Shown: positions 36,828 to 46,735, numbered from the stretch's first letter. The stretch: DNA of 64,000 nucleotides from Dehalococcoidia bacterium (GCA_965222145.1 CBDCTG010000002.1:445646-509645); one strand, 5' to 3'. Program-made: numbers and translations. The notes: generated by a model from the sequence alone, not told the origin.

Positions 36828-37721
36828 ATGACAATAAAGCCGGTTGAGGGATGGGCGGATGTGCGCGACCTCCGAATGCGATACGTCGACTGGGGCGGTG
36901 ATGGCATGCCTGTGCTTGCACTGCATGGGCTGGCATCGTCGGCGCACTGGTACGACATCGTGGCTCCCATGCTGTGCGATCGCTTTCACATCATTGCCCC
37001 AGACCAGCGCGGCCACGGACAGACGACCCAGGCGACCAGCGGCTACGATTGGCATTCAGTCGCGTCTGATGCGATAGGACTGCTGGATGTACTGGGCATC
37101 GAGAAAGCTGTCGTATTCGGGCACTCTTGGGGCGGCAATGTAGCGGTAAGCACTGCGGCGCACTTCCCGGAGCGCGTCAGTGCACTTGTCATGATTGACG
37201 GCGGATTCTTCAGCCCTCAGATGCTGCCGGGGGCCTCTTGGGAAGCGTTCAGCCAGAGGCTTTCCCCGCGCAATGTGTCCGGCTCACGCGCCGAGTTTCT
37301 GGAGCGAATCGGCGGGCAGCTTGCGATGTGCTGGAACGATGAGGTGGAGCGCATCGTGCAGACGATGGTTTACGAGAGCGACGAGCAGATTTATGACATA
37401 TTGCGTCCGGAAAATCAGGCGCAGGTAATTCGCGCGATGTGGGACGATCCAGCATCAGACGCTTGGCCGCGTATTGAGTGTCCTTCGCTGATTGTGCCTG
37501 CCGGTCCATCCCCGGAGCGCGCCAACACCGAATTTGCGCTCAACCGCAGGCGAATGGTGCAGCTCGCTGCGGATGGCATCCCGAACTGCCGCGTACAGTG
37601 GATACCGGAGACCGTCCATGACATCGGGTATCACAAGCCGGAGGAGTTGGCGCAGGCGATTTTGAACTTCGTTGATGCCGAGGTAGCAGCGGAGGGCTTG
37701 ATCATTACCCGACCAGGTTAG
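36828..37721 (+). CDS. Alpha/beta hydrolase
   Basis: PVLALHGLASSAHWYD and a GHSWGG nucleophile elbow. GGGAGA RBS. Confidence 0.85.
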   Translation: MTIKPVEGWADVRDLRMRYVDWGGDGMPVLALHGLASSAHWYDIVAPMLCDRFHIIAPDQRGHGQTTQATSGYDWHSVASDAIGLLDVLGIEKAVVFGHSWGGNVAVSTAAHFPERVSALVMIDGGFFSPQMLPGASWEAFSQRLSPRNVSGSRAEFLERIGGQLAMCWNDEVERIVQTMVYESDEQIYDILRPENQAQVIRAMWDDPASDAWPRIECPSLIVPAGPSPERANTEFALNRRRMVQLAADGIPNCRVQWIPETVHDIGYHKPEELAQAILNFVDAEVAAEGLIITRPG

Positions 37722-38658
37722 GTGGCGTTCCGGTTGCTCGGAACTCGCGGATGATACGCACCGTTTCTTCGGCGATTGCACGCTGCGCCTCGGATGTCTG
37801 ACCGCCTATGTGGTGTGTGCCGACAACACCCTCAAGTGCGAATAGCGGATTGTCAATTGTGCCGGTTCCTGACGACGGTTCGCCCTCGAAGACATCAAGT
37901 CCGGCCTTGATTCCACGCTCCTGCACTGCCCATGCCAAGGCATCTTCATCCACAACTTCGGCTCTGGATGTGTTAATGAAGATAGTGCCTTCCCGCATCG
38001 CATCGAAGAAGGCGCGCCCGGCGAGCGCCCGCGTGTCCTCTGTCAATGATACATGCACGCTAACAATGTCAGAGGCTTTTGCTACCTCTACGGGTGAAGA
38101 TCTATGTTCTATGCCTAGCTCGGCAGCGGCATCGTAGGTTAGAGAGCGACTCCAGCCTATTACGGATATGCCGAACGCCTTGGCTCTCGGAATCATGGCC
38201 CGACCTATGCGGCCCACACCGACCAGACCGAGCGTGCTGCCCGCGAGCCCACGCGCGCTGCTGTATGACGCCTTGCGCCACACCCCACGCCGCAAGTCTG
38301 CCGCGTTCGCAGTGATCTGCCTGTCCAGCGCGATAATCAAGCCGAATGCGATTTCTACGACTGCGTTGGAGTTCTTGCCCGGGCAATTAGCGACAAAGAT
38401 GCCGAGCGATTTGGCGGTTTCCACGTCGATGGTGTTGAAACCGGCGCCCGCGCGTATCACCAGAGCGAGCCGCCCCGCTCGCAGCATCTCAAAAGTGACG
38501 CGCGTACTTCTGACCACAAGCACATCCGCTTGAGTGTCGGCAATTGCCTGAGCGAGCGCATCGTCCCGCGCATCTGGCGTGTAGCAAATTTCAACTCCAT
38601 CGGCGTGCAGGCTTTCGCGTGCATCTTCAGAAAATCGGTCTGCAAAGAGCACGCGCAT
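37705..38658 (-). CDS. D-isomer-specific 2-hydroxyacid dehydrogenase (phosphoglycerate dehydrogenase-like)
   Basis: GLVGVGRIGRAM NAD motif. The start MRVLFADRF at 38658 overlaps the upstream stop (TGATG). Confidence 0.85.
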   Translation of the reverse strand: MRVLFADRFSEDARESLHADGVEICYTPDARDDALAQAIADTQADVLVVRSTRVTFEMLRAGRLALVIRAGAGFNTIDVETAKSLGIFVANCPGKNSNAVVEIAFGLIIALDRQITANAADLRRGVWRKASYSSARGLAGSTLGLVGVGRIGRAMIPRAKAFGISVIGWSRSLTYDAAAELGIEHRSSPVEVAKASDIVSVHVSLTEDTRALAGRAFFDAMREGTIFINTSRAEVVDEDALAWAVQERGIKAGLDVFEGEPSSGTGTIDNPLFALEGVVGTHHIGGQTSEAQRAIAEETVRIIREFRATGTPPNLVG

Positions 38659-39620
38659 CAGAACCCCGCCCGCTTGTCGCACACATACAGAAAAGGCTCA
38701 TTGCCAAGGAAGCGGCGCATGTTCTCGCGGAATATTTGCCGCCTCCCTTCATACATCTCCGGTGTCAGAGCGGATGCATGCGGCGACAGGACCACGTTGT
38801 CGAGTTCCCATAAAGGGCTTTCCTGCGGCAGTGGTTCAATGGCGGTTGCGTCAATACCCGCCCCAGCAATTCGGCCTTCACGCAAAGCATCGGCAAGTGC
38901 GTCTTCGTCCACGACGCCGCTCCGTGAGATCACGATGAGATATGACGACGGCTTCATCAGCCCGATGCGCCGACGGTCTATCATCCCGTGCGTCTCCGCA
39001 GTAAGCGGAGCAGTCACTACGAACCAATCACACATTTGCATAAGTTCGTCCAGGCGCTCCATTCCCCACACTTCCCTGACCTGTGGCGGCGGTGTAACAG
39101 GGTTGATGTCCGCAGCGTACACGTCAATATCGAATCCGTAGGCGCGCCGGGCGATTGCCTTGCCGATATCACCCAACGCAAGGATGCCCATTGTGCTCCC
39201 CGAAAGCTCCACGAACGCGTGTGAATACTTTTCTGCCTCCCATCGGCTCAAACGCTGGTCTTCCGCCATCTCTCTACCCCTGTGGGACAGAGATAGCATC
39301 ATCCAGAGCACATGATCGGCCATGGGATTGGCATGTGGGCCGCGTGCGTTGGTCAGCACCACATCGCTGTCTGCGAGTGTCGGCATCTCCGCCATTATCT
39401 TGTCGATGCCAGTACCGGGGCAGTGTATCCAGCGCAGTCGTGATGCGGCCTCAACCACATCCGGACTATCAGGCCAACCGCAAATCACATCGGCGTCCGG
39501 CGCTTCTCGAAACTGTTCCTCGATTTTCGTGGCCGTGATGAACTCAACCTGCGGAAACTCAGCTTGCAGTTGTTCAACGAAGCCTTCGCCCAGGTGGGCG
39601 TCTGTCATCAGCACTTTCAT
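38658..39620 (-). CDS. D-isomer-specific 2-hydroxyacid dehydrogenase family protein
   Basis: GILALGDIGKAIARRA NAD motif and the C-terminal SPHASALT block. Confidence 0.85.
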   Translation of the reverse strand: MKVLMTDAHLGEGFVEQLQAEFPQVEFITATKIEEQFREAPDADVICGWPDSPDVVEAASRLRWIHCPGTGIDKIMAEMPTLADSDVVLTNARGPHANPMADHVLWMMLSLSHRGREMAEDQRLSRWEAEKYSHAFVELSGSTMGILALGDIGKAIARRAYGFDIDVYAADINPVTPPPQVREVWGMERLDELMQMCDWFVVTAPLTAETHGMIDRRRIGLMKPSSYLIVISRSGVVDEDALADALREGRIAGAGIDATAIEPLPQESPLWELDNVVLSPHASALTPEMYEGRRQIFRENMRRFLGNEPFLYVCDKRAGF

Positions 39621-39689
39621 GTTCTGCTCCTCTTCCGCTCCTCCTAATTTGGGCTATCATATACTGAATATACAATAACGACTATGCAA

Positions 39690-39721
39690 GAAGCCTCGCC
39701 TGATTCTCAGTGCGAGGCTTC
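39690..39721. terminator. Intergenic hairpin (possible terminator/insulator)
   Basis: GAAGCCTCGC (39690-39699) pairs with GCGAGGCTTC (39712-39721), with a 12-nt loop. The T-tract (TTTGT) is only on the plus strand, so its role for the minus-strand genes is uncertain. Confidence 0.35.
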
Positions 39722-39770
39722 TTTGTAACCGTTGTGAATTGATGCGCCTCAGTGGGCGCAGGCAGGAGCG

Positions 39771-39959
39771 CTATGCGTCCGTGCGACGGTCATCGGCTGG
39801 AGTAAAGATTGAACCCTCGGGAAACTTGGGGTATTGAGCGGTATTGCGCTTGAACAGCCTGTTGCCGATGGCATTGAATGCCACTACGCCCGCGATGCCC
39901 ACCGGGATGCCCATCAGGAAGTTCCTGCGCGAAATCCGGTTTTGCTCCTTGTTGTCCAT
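39771..39959 (-). CDS. Small twin-arginine (TAT) signal protein
   Basis: MDNKEQNRISRRNFLMGIPVGIAGVVAFNA is a canonical SRRxFL TAT motif plus h-region. Only about 62 aa. GGAGGG lies upstream. Confidence 0.55.
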   Translation of the reverse strand: MDNKEQNRISRRNFLMGIPVGIAGVVAFNAIGNRLFKRNTAQYPKFPEGSIFTPADDRRTDA

Positions 39960-40182
39960 ACTCTTCAATACCCTCCAATTTCAATGCTGTTAGCTGGTGC
40001 CTATTATACGCAACCCCTTGTATGGCAGGCAAGCACATAACGGAAGGTTGTTACTGCCGATACCATGATACTAGACTGCTTGCTGACGAGCCTACTTGCT
40101 GACCAACAAGCCGAGCATGATGTAATATTGCCATTGAGTTTGCGCGCCGTTAGATCAGCCATATCGAAGTGAGGAGTCACGA

Positions 40183-41331
40183 ATGAGCATGCCGCTAAGC
40201 GGAATCAGGGTGCTTGACCTATGCATCATACTTGCGGGACCCACCTGCGGAAGAACGCTTGCCGAGTATGGCGCAGAGGTCATCAAGATAGACAGCTGGT
40301 TTAGACCGCCGACCGACCGACAGATCCACGATGTCGGCAGAGGAAAGTGCAGCATCTGCCTCGACATCACAAAGCCGGCCGGCTCTGAAGTATTCTATCG
40401 GCTCGTGGACTCCGCCGACGTCATTTTAGGCGGTTTCCGCAAAGGCGTGGCCGAGCGGCTGGGCATCGGCTACGAACAGATACGCCAGCGCAAGCCGGAC
40501 ATCGTGTATCTCGCAATCAACGCCTTCGGTCAGGAAGGCGCGTGGGCGAACCGCCCAGGCTACGAGCAGAACGCTCAGGCCGCCACGGGTGTGCAGATTC
40601 GAAATGGTGGGCGAGACTCAGAGCCAATCCACTCGCCATATACCTTCAATGACTATGGCACTGGCTTAATGGGCGCTTATGCCGTAATGCTGGCCCTGCT
40701 GCAGCGGCGTCGGACGGGTAAGGGACAGTTCGTGCATACTTCGCTGGCGCAGACCGGCTCTACATTCTCATCTCCTTATCTCGTTGATCACGACGGTTAC
40801 AAGCGCAACGAGGTAGAAGGGACCGAGGCACGGAGGTCCGATGCTCTAAATGGACTGTACGAGGCGTCTGATGGCTGGTTCGCAATCGCCGATGCCGACT
40901 GGCAGACAATCGTAAGCCTCGACGCATTCGCACATCTGTCAGAGCGCGAAGAGTTTTCGGAAGACGAGCGAAGGAGAAAGTATGACTCTTTGCTTTCCGA
41001 CGAACTTGGCGCGATATTCGGTCAGAGCAATGTGGAGGATTGGCTGGCTAAACTGCACGCTGTCGGAATAAATGCAGTCAGGAATGACCAAGTTGCCCAC
41101 ATCTTGTCCGATGACTATCCACGAGAGCAAGGGCTTATCGTGGAAGACGTTACCCCTCTAGGTGAGGTAATCCATGCCGGAGTCGCACCTCGCCTTAGCA
41201 AGACACAGCCGATTCGGGGGAAAGCACCTATATTCGGCGAGGAGACCGAGGCGGTGCTGCTGGAACTCGGCTATGAAGTCGGGGAGATTGATGCCCTGCG
41301 CGCCGAGGGTGTGATTCCGCCGATGGAATAG
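40183..41331 (+). CDS. Family III CoA-transferase (CaiB/BaiF)
   Basis: GIRVLDLCIILAGPTCGRTLAEYGAEVIKID N-terminal signature. GAGGAG RBS. Confidence 0.88.
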   Translation: MSMPLSGIRVLDLCIILAGPTCGRTLAEYGAEVIKIDSWFRPPTDRQIHDVGRGKCSICLDITKPAGSEVFYRLVDSADVILGGFRKGVAERLGIGYEQIRQRKPDIVYLAINAFGQEGAWANRPGYEQNAQAATGVQIRNGGRDSEPIHSPYTFNDYGTGLMGAYAVMLALLQRRRTGKGQFVHTSLAQTGSTFSSPYLVDHDGYKRNEVEGTEARRSDALNGLYEASDGWFAIADADWQTIVSLDAFAHLSEREEFSEDERRRKYDSLLSDELGAIFGQSNVEDWLAKLHAVGINAVRNDQVAHILSDDYPREQGLIVEDVTPLGEVIHAGVAPRLSKTQPIRGKAPIFGEETEAVLLELGYEVGEIDALRAEGVIPPME

Positions 41332-41448
41332 TCGTTGACAAAAGACGGTTTCGAAAATACACTGAAGGTATTGACAGAGTCGGCGACAAGAGGCCCGGGG
41401 CCTCTTCCAATTTCGAAAGGAGACTTGGATAGCCGACTCGCTTTTTGC

Positions 41449-42102
41449 TCAATAATAGAGAGTCGTTCCACCGTTGAACAAGTCGTTTTCCATCACGACT
41501 TTATCCTTGATGAGCTCATATGAACGAGTATCCGAGCGTTCCCACTTTCGTTGAATTGCCCATGAGCAGTAGTCCGCTACCTGTAGACAGGGATCAGAAT
41601 CAGCGGGCCACATAGCAACCTTTTGATCACTTGTGGGAACTGTCTGGTTCGTTACATCCTGAATAGCCGAAAGATACCTTGCCTGTTCACGTCTGTTGCC
41701 TAGTGAGGCTGCTACCACCATTAATTGTCCCGCTGAAGAAGCCACCCACGGAGCAATACGCCTCATGTGGAAAAACCAAGCGTGTTTATAAAATCGCTCG
41801 TCTGTTGGGCGTATCAAAGGTTGAGCTTTGCGTTTCTCAAGGATAGTGGCATCCACTGTGAAATCATGCCTCCCGAGAATCCGAAATACTCGGTCTCGGA
41901 CATTCTGCTTATCCGTAGTTGCGTGAAATCCATTCTTTAGCTCCACCCCTTCCCAAGCTAATTCACGCCTAAGTTCCAATAACTTATTTTCTACGGAAAG
42001 GTCTCTCATAAGGACTGTCGCCAGTATGAAATACTGACTCGCACCTGCGTTAAGGCTGAAGTCGAAGTTGCCGGATTCGTCAGCGTAGATGTAAGTTCTC
42101 AT
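41449..42102 (-). CDS. DUF3800-domain protein
   Basis: N-terminal IYADESGNFDF motif. 217 aa. Visibly AT-richer than its neighbours. Starts 4 nt after the upstream CoA-transferase stop. Confidence 0.7.
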   Translation of the reverse strand: MRTYIYADESGNFDFSLNAGASQYFILATVLMRDLSVENKLLELRRELAWEGVELKNGFHATTDKQNVRDRVFRILGRHDFTVDATILEKRKAQPLIRPTDERFYKHAWFFHMRRIAPWVASSAGQLMVVAASLGNRREQARYLSAIQDVTNQTVPTSDQKVAMWPADSDPCLQVADYCSWAIQRKWERSDTRSYELIKDKVVMENDLFNGGTTLYY

Positions 42103-42106
42103 GGAG

Positions 42107-43408
42107 TTATTCTTCGTCCGGCGGGAAGTCCATGCCGATGTGTCCCATGCGCTCCAGTTCGGCGTACTCCTCGTCGCTCACGCCCAGCACCTGCTTATAG
42201 ACATACTCGTTGTCTTCGCCCAGTCGCACCGGGCCCCGTCTTATCTTGATAGGCATATCGGACATCTTGTAGGGCGCACCCACATACAGGTGCGAGCCGC
42301 CCACATCTTCGTGATACACCTCCTCGAAAATACCTCGCTCTTGGAGATGCGGGTCGGCGAAGGCGTCCCTCTGGTCCATAATGGGTCCGGCAGCTACACC
42401 CGCCGCCTGAAGCTGGTGCATGACTTCATAATGCCCGTGCTGGAGAGTCCATTCAGAGATTAGAGCATCCAACATCCGCTGATTCCCATAGCGGCTGGAA
42501 TGCGTCTTAAACCGTTCATCGCGTGTCCATTCCGGACTGCCGATTGCCCCGCAGAATGCGTTCCAATCGTCATCATCGAAAAGAGTAATGTTCACCCATC
42601 GGTCGTCTCCGGCGCATGGGTAGCAGCCCTGAATTGCGCTTGTGTGGCGGTTGCCAATTGTGCCACTGTTGCGCTCGTTCATCGAATAGTCCATGAAGAA
42701 TCGACCTGTGTAAGCGATCATGTTCTCCGCCTGAGCGAGTTCGATTAGCTGCCCCTTGCCCGTTCGTTTGCGAAAGTGGAGGGCCGCTAGCATGGCAAAT
42801 GCGCCCTGCGCTCCACCCGCGGCGTCTGCCGCGAACACATTGGTACTGGAGGACTGGTCCATATCCTCGTAGCCGCGCAATATCGTATGGCCGATCACGC
42901 CTTCCATATGCACTCCGAGCGAACGATGGTCGCGGTATGCGCCGCTGTTCCCATAGGCTGGCATGCGAAGCATGATGATGCGCGGATTGATCTTTCGCAT
43001 CATTTCGTAAGATATGCCCAGCTTATCCATCGTCTCGGTAACGTTGTTCTCTACAAAGGCATCGCTTACTGTTACGAGACGCTCGAGGATGTCCAGGCCT
43101 GAAGGTTGTGTCAGGTCAACAGTAATTCCCAACTTGTTGCGACCATGCGCATTGAAGAGAGGGTAGCGATTCCAGGGACGCTTGCCGGGTTCTCGCCCGG
43201 GCATCGCCGCGACGAACGCAGGCAGCCCCTCTATAATTTCTTTTGGCGGGAACGGCATATAGCCACGCGTGATGGGCGGCAGACGCTTTATGGATTCAAG
43301 GCGGATAACCTCCGCGCCCAGGTCCGCGAGGAGGGTGGCGCAGTACGTGCCCGCCCAGACGACTGTCATATCCAGAATTCTAATGCCTTCGAGCGGCAAT
43401 CTTGCCAT
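42107..43408 (-). CDS. Family III CoA-transferase (CaiB/BaiF)
   Basis: GIRILDMTVVWAGTYCATLLADLGAEVIRLE. GGGAG lies 9 nt upstream of the ATG at 43408; the ATG at 43417 is an alternative. Confidence 0.88.
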   Translation of the reverse strand: MARLPLEGIRILDMTVVWAGTYCATLLADLGAEVIRLESIKRLPPITRGYMPFPPKEIIEGLPAFVAAMPGREPGKRPWNRYPLFNAHGRNKLGITVDLTQPSGLDILERLVTVSDAFVENNVTETMDKLGISYEMMRKINPRIIMLRMPAYGNSGAYRDHRSLGVHMEGVIGHTILRGYEDMDQSSSTNVFAADAAGGAQGAFAMLAALHFRKRTGKGQLIELAQAENMIAYTGRFFMDYSMNERNSGTIGNRHTSAIQGCYPCAGDDRWVNITLFDDDDWNAFCGAIGSPEWTRDERFKTHSSRYGNQRMLDALISEWTLQHGHYEVMHQLQAAGVAAGPIMDQRDAFADPHLQERGIFEEVYHEDVGGSHLYVGAPYKMSDMPIKIRRGPVRLGEDNEYVYKQVLGVSDEEYAELERMGHIGMDFPPDEE

Positions 43409-43426
43409 GCTGCACATCTCCCGTCA

Positions 43427-44665
43427 CTATATGACGCCCTCAGCCCGAAGCGCGGCGATGTCTGCGTCGGAATATCCGAGCGCACCTAACACCTCATCCG
43501 TGTGCTGCCCCAGCAGCGGCGCGGGTCGCCGAATGCTCCAAGGCGACTCGCTCATTACAAATGGTCTTCCGGGATATAACAGTGTGCCCGCGACAGGATG
43601 GTCGAACTCTGCGAAAGCTCCCCTCTGCCGAAATTGTGTATCGCCCACAAGGTCTGATGTTGTGTTTATCGGTGCGCTCAGCACGCGCGATTCCTGAGCC
43701 AGTTGCCAGATTTCCTGCTTTGTTCGTTCCAGACACCAGGAAATGAAGTACGAATCGAATTCGTCCTCAAGTTCAGGGTCATACTGCGCTTCAGGGGCGT
43801 ACCAGCGTTCTTCAAGCAGCACATCGGGAGCGCCCATCATAGCCACCACACGGTCGAAGTAGTTACGCCCCCCGGCAATCTGCACATAGCCGTCGAGGCA
43901 GATAAAAACGCCATTAGGATAACCGCCCGCGGTGGCTGTAGCACTGCGCCTGGAGATTTCGCCATTGTACTGGTATGCCAACAGCATGCTCATCCTGCGG
44001 TCTATCGATCCGACCTGCGTCTCCATCAGCGACACATCTACATGCTGGCTATCGTCCGCGAATACCGCGCCCATTGTGGCTGTCGCAGCGATTGCCCCAG
44101 CCTGGTACAGGACGACGTTTTCGCCCAGTTTCAGAGGCTCTCGGTCTTCAAGCCCGGTCGAGTACATCTCGCCACCCATTCCATAGATGATGAGGTCTGA
44201 GATTCTGAAGTCCCGGTAGGGACCTGTTTGCCCGAAGTTGGAGATTGAAGTCATCACTAGCTGCGGATTGACTGTTCGAAGCGTGTCGTAATCCAGTCCA
44301 AACTTCGCCATCTTACCGGGTAGGAAGCTCTCCACCACTACATCAACTTCCTCAACTAACTGCTTCACGATGGACTGAGCCTGCTGGGACTTCAGATTCA
44401 GCGTGATACTGCGTTTGTTGGTGTTGAGGTGGAGAAACATGCCGCTCTTCTCAGGATGAGGCACATCACCGGGGAATGGACCGATGCGTCGAGCGCCGTC
44501 GCCGTCTCCAATTCTTTCGACTTTCAACACATCCGCACCGTGATCCGCCAGCAACTTCGTCGCATAAGGCCCAGCGATGTAGTGCGTAAAATCCAGAACG
44601 CGAAGATCGGATAAAGCGCCGTTTCCACCCTGCGTATCCGTCAATTCCAGCAAGTCGCTCTCCAA
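43427..44665 (-). CDS. Family III CoA-transferase (CaiB/BaiF)
   Basis: LRVLDFTHYIAGPYATKLLADHGADVLKVE. Confidence 0.88.
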   Translation of the reverse strand: MESDLLELTDTQGGNGALSDLRVLDFTHYIAGPYATKLLADHGADVLKVERIGDGDGARRIGPFPGDVPHPEKSGMFLHLNTNKRSITLNLKSQQAQSIVKQLVEEVDVVVESFLPGKMAKFGLDYDTLRTVNPQLVMTSISNFGQTGPYRDFRISDLIIYGMGGEMYSTGLEDREPLKLGENVVLYQAGAIAATATMGAVFADDSQHVDVSLMETQVGSIDRRMSMLLAYQYNGEISRRSATATAGGYPNGVFICLDGYVQIAGGRNYFDRVVAMMGAPDVLLEERWYAPEAQYDPELEDEFDSYFISWCLERTKQEIWQLAQESRVLSAPINTTSDLVGDTQFRQRGAFAEFDHPVAGTLLYPGRPFVMSESPWSIRRPAPLLGQHTDEVLGALGYSDADIAALRAEGVI

Positions 44666-44738
44666 TTGCAGATAGTCATGAAGTCATTCGTCCCCATGAT
44701 GCCCTCAATAACAGACCCTTTACCCAGCTCTGCTTTAG

Positions 44739-46456
44739 CCCCAATCCACCGAGGGGGGCGTGTGAGAGGCCTCCTGAAGAAGCAAAAGGGTGCACCTCTG
44801 AATCTGAGATAATGGTTTTACAACACAAAACCTGTCACAGAAAAGGAGCACCCAACAGATGCTACCACGTAACCACCCTGACCGCATCCAAATCGCCTTC
44901 GACGATCCCCGCCTGGTAGCCAATGCCGGGCTGATCCTGCCGGTCACCCTGGCCGGGCGTCTGGGTCTGAGCCAACTCGTCGACAACCACGTTGACCTGG
45001 GCGACGCCCCGGGGCGGGCCAACACCGGGGACAAGATACTGACCCTGGTGGCGTCGGCTCTGGTCGGTGGCGACTGCATTGACGATGCCGACGTGTTGCG
45101 GGCGGGCAGGACCTCCTCGGTACTGGGTTGTGTGGTCAAGGCTCCATCCACGCTGGGGACATTCCTACGCAGTTTCCGCTGGGGACATGTGCGACAGTTG
45201 GACCGGGTGAGCCGAGAGTTTCTGGCGCGTGCCTGGGACGCCGGGGCAGGCCCCGAGGACTCGCCTCTGACGATCGACATAGACTCGACGGTCTGCGAGA
45301 CCTATGGACTGGCAAAGGAGGGAGCGCGCCATCACAACTACACCGGCCAGCGGGGCTATCATCCGCTGCTGGCCGTTGCCTCAGGAACCGGCGACGTGCT
45401 GATGGCACGACTGCGCAAGGGCCGAGCCAACACCGCCCGGGGCGCAGCCAACTTCCTGCGGGAGACGGTGGCGCGAGTGCGCTACGCCGGAGCCACGGGA
45501 GCGCTCACGGTGCGGGCCGACAGCGGCTTCTATGCCCACACCATCGTTGCCGTCTGTCGCAAGATGGATGTCCGCTTCTCCATCACCGTCCGACAGCACC
45601 CCCGACTGCGCAATCTCATCGAGGCCATACCAGAGACGGACTGGACACCCATACCCTACTGGATGGACGGCACAGCCGATGTGGCCGAGACCATTTACAC
45701 TCCCTTCGAGAGCAAGCCCGACGCCGCACCAGTGCGACTCATCGTCCGCAGAGTGAAGCCCACGCCCGGCTCTCAACTGGCGCTCTTCACCAACTACAGC
45801 TATCACGGTTTCATCACGGACCGAGAGGGCGACACCCTCCAACTGGAGGCCGACCATCGCCGCCACGCCGAGGTGGAGAACGCCATCCGCGACCTGAAGT
45901 ACGGCGTAGGACTGAACCATCTGCCCTCAGGGCGCTTCGCAGCCAACGCCGCCTGGTTGGCCGTGCAGGTGATGGCTCACAATCTGGCTCGCTGGACCTC
46001 CCGCATCGGACTGGAAGAACGAGCCTCCACCACCAAGACCTTGCGCAGACGATTCTTCTCCCTCGCCGGACGGCTTACACGCTCGGCACGCCGTCTCACC
46101 CTGCATCTTCCCCAGCGCTGGCCCTGGGAAACACAGTTCGGCCGCGCTCTGGCCAGACTGCGAACCATTCCGTTACCGAGCTGACAGCTGACGGCAGCGG
46201 CGACGACTGCCCACCATACACTCCATAACCCATCTCATCCCCAGACTCGCGCCGGACCGGACCGTGAGTATCCCCTGCTGCTCACCGATTCGTCAACTTC
46301 ACCCACAATCGCCACTGTGGGCCTCCATTGGCGTTCAACATCACGACCGGGGACCTTCAGAACGCTCCAGCGTCGGCATCATACCCGCACCGCCACCTTG
46401 CCGCGTCCTTCACCCACGCTCCGGCAGAGATACCATGACTCTTCGGTGGATTCGGG
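44739..46456 (+). mobile_element. IS1380-family insertion sequence, copy 2 (1718 bp)
   Basis: Same termini as copy 1 in the opposite orientation. Perfect 5-bp direct repeat TTTAG at 44734-44738 and 46457-46461. Confidence 0.9.
44859..46184 (+). CDS. IS1380-family transposase
   Basis: 441-aa translation identical to 25020-26345. Confidence 0.9.
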   Translation: MLPRNHPDRIQIAFDDPRLVANAGLILPVTLAGRLGLSQLVDNHVDLGDAPGRANTGDKILTLVASALVGGDCIDDADVLRAGRTSSVLGCVVKAPSTLGTFLRSFRWGHVRQLDRVSREFLARAWDAGAGPEDSPLTIDIDSTVCETYGLAKEGARHHNYTGQRGYHPLLAVASGTGDVLMARLRKGRANTARGAANFLRETVARVRYAGATGALTVRADSGFYAHTIVAVCRKMDVRFSITVRQHPRLRNLIEAIPETDWTPIPYWMDGTADVAETIYTPFESKPDAAPVRLIVRRVKPTPGSQLALFTNYSYHGFITDREGDTLQLEADHRRHAEVENAIRDLKYGVGLNHLPSGRFAANAAWLAVQVMAHNLARWTSRIGLEERASTTKTLRRRFFSLAGRLTRSARRLTLHLPQRWPWETQFGRALARLRTIPLPS

Positions 46457-46735
46457 TTTAGTCAGTCATGATCGTAATTTTGGCCATCAACGCTCAAATT
46501 GCAGCACATTTTAACTCAATCAATCGCTTTAAGTAAGCGTGCGACTTTGAGCTTCAAGGATGGCAACGTGCAATCATCGTTCTACAAGAGCATGTGTCAG
46601 AGTAACGCAGATAGAAATTGAAGCCGTTGGCGAGGAACTAACACACATGGAATCAGAGGTGATCTGAATCAGCCATGCCGCAGTTGTGAACTGTCCTCTC
46701 ATAATTCTTCCATGAGACGAAAAGGAGAAATACCG

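Noticed and set aside
24748-46456. Composite transposon formed by the two IS1380 copies
   Set aside because: Each copy has its own matching flanks (TTTAG/TTTAG and CTTAT/CTTAG). The outer flanks (CTTAT and TTTAG) do not match each other. This indicates independent insertions rather than transposition of the 21.7-kb unit.
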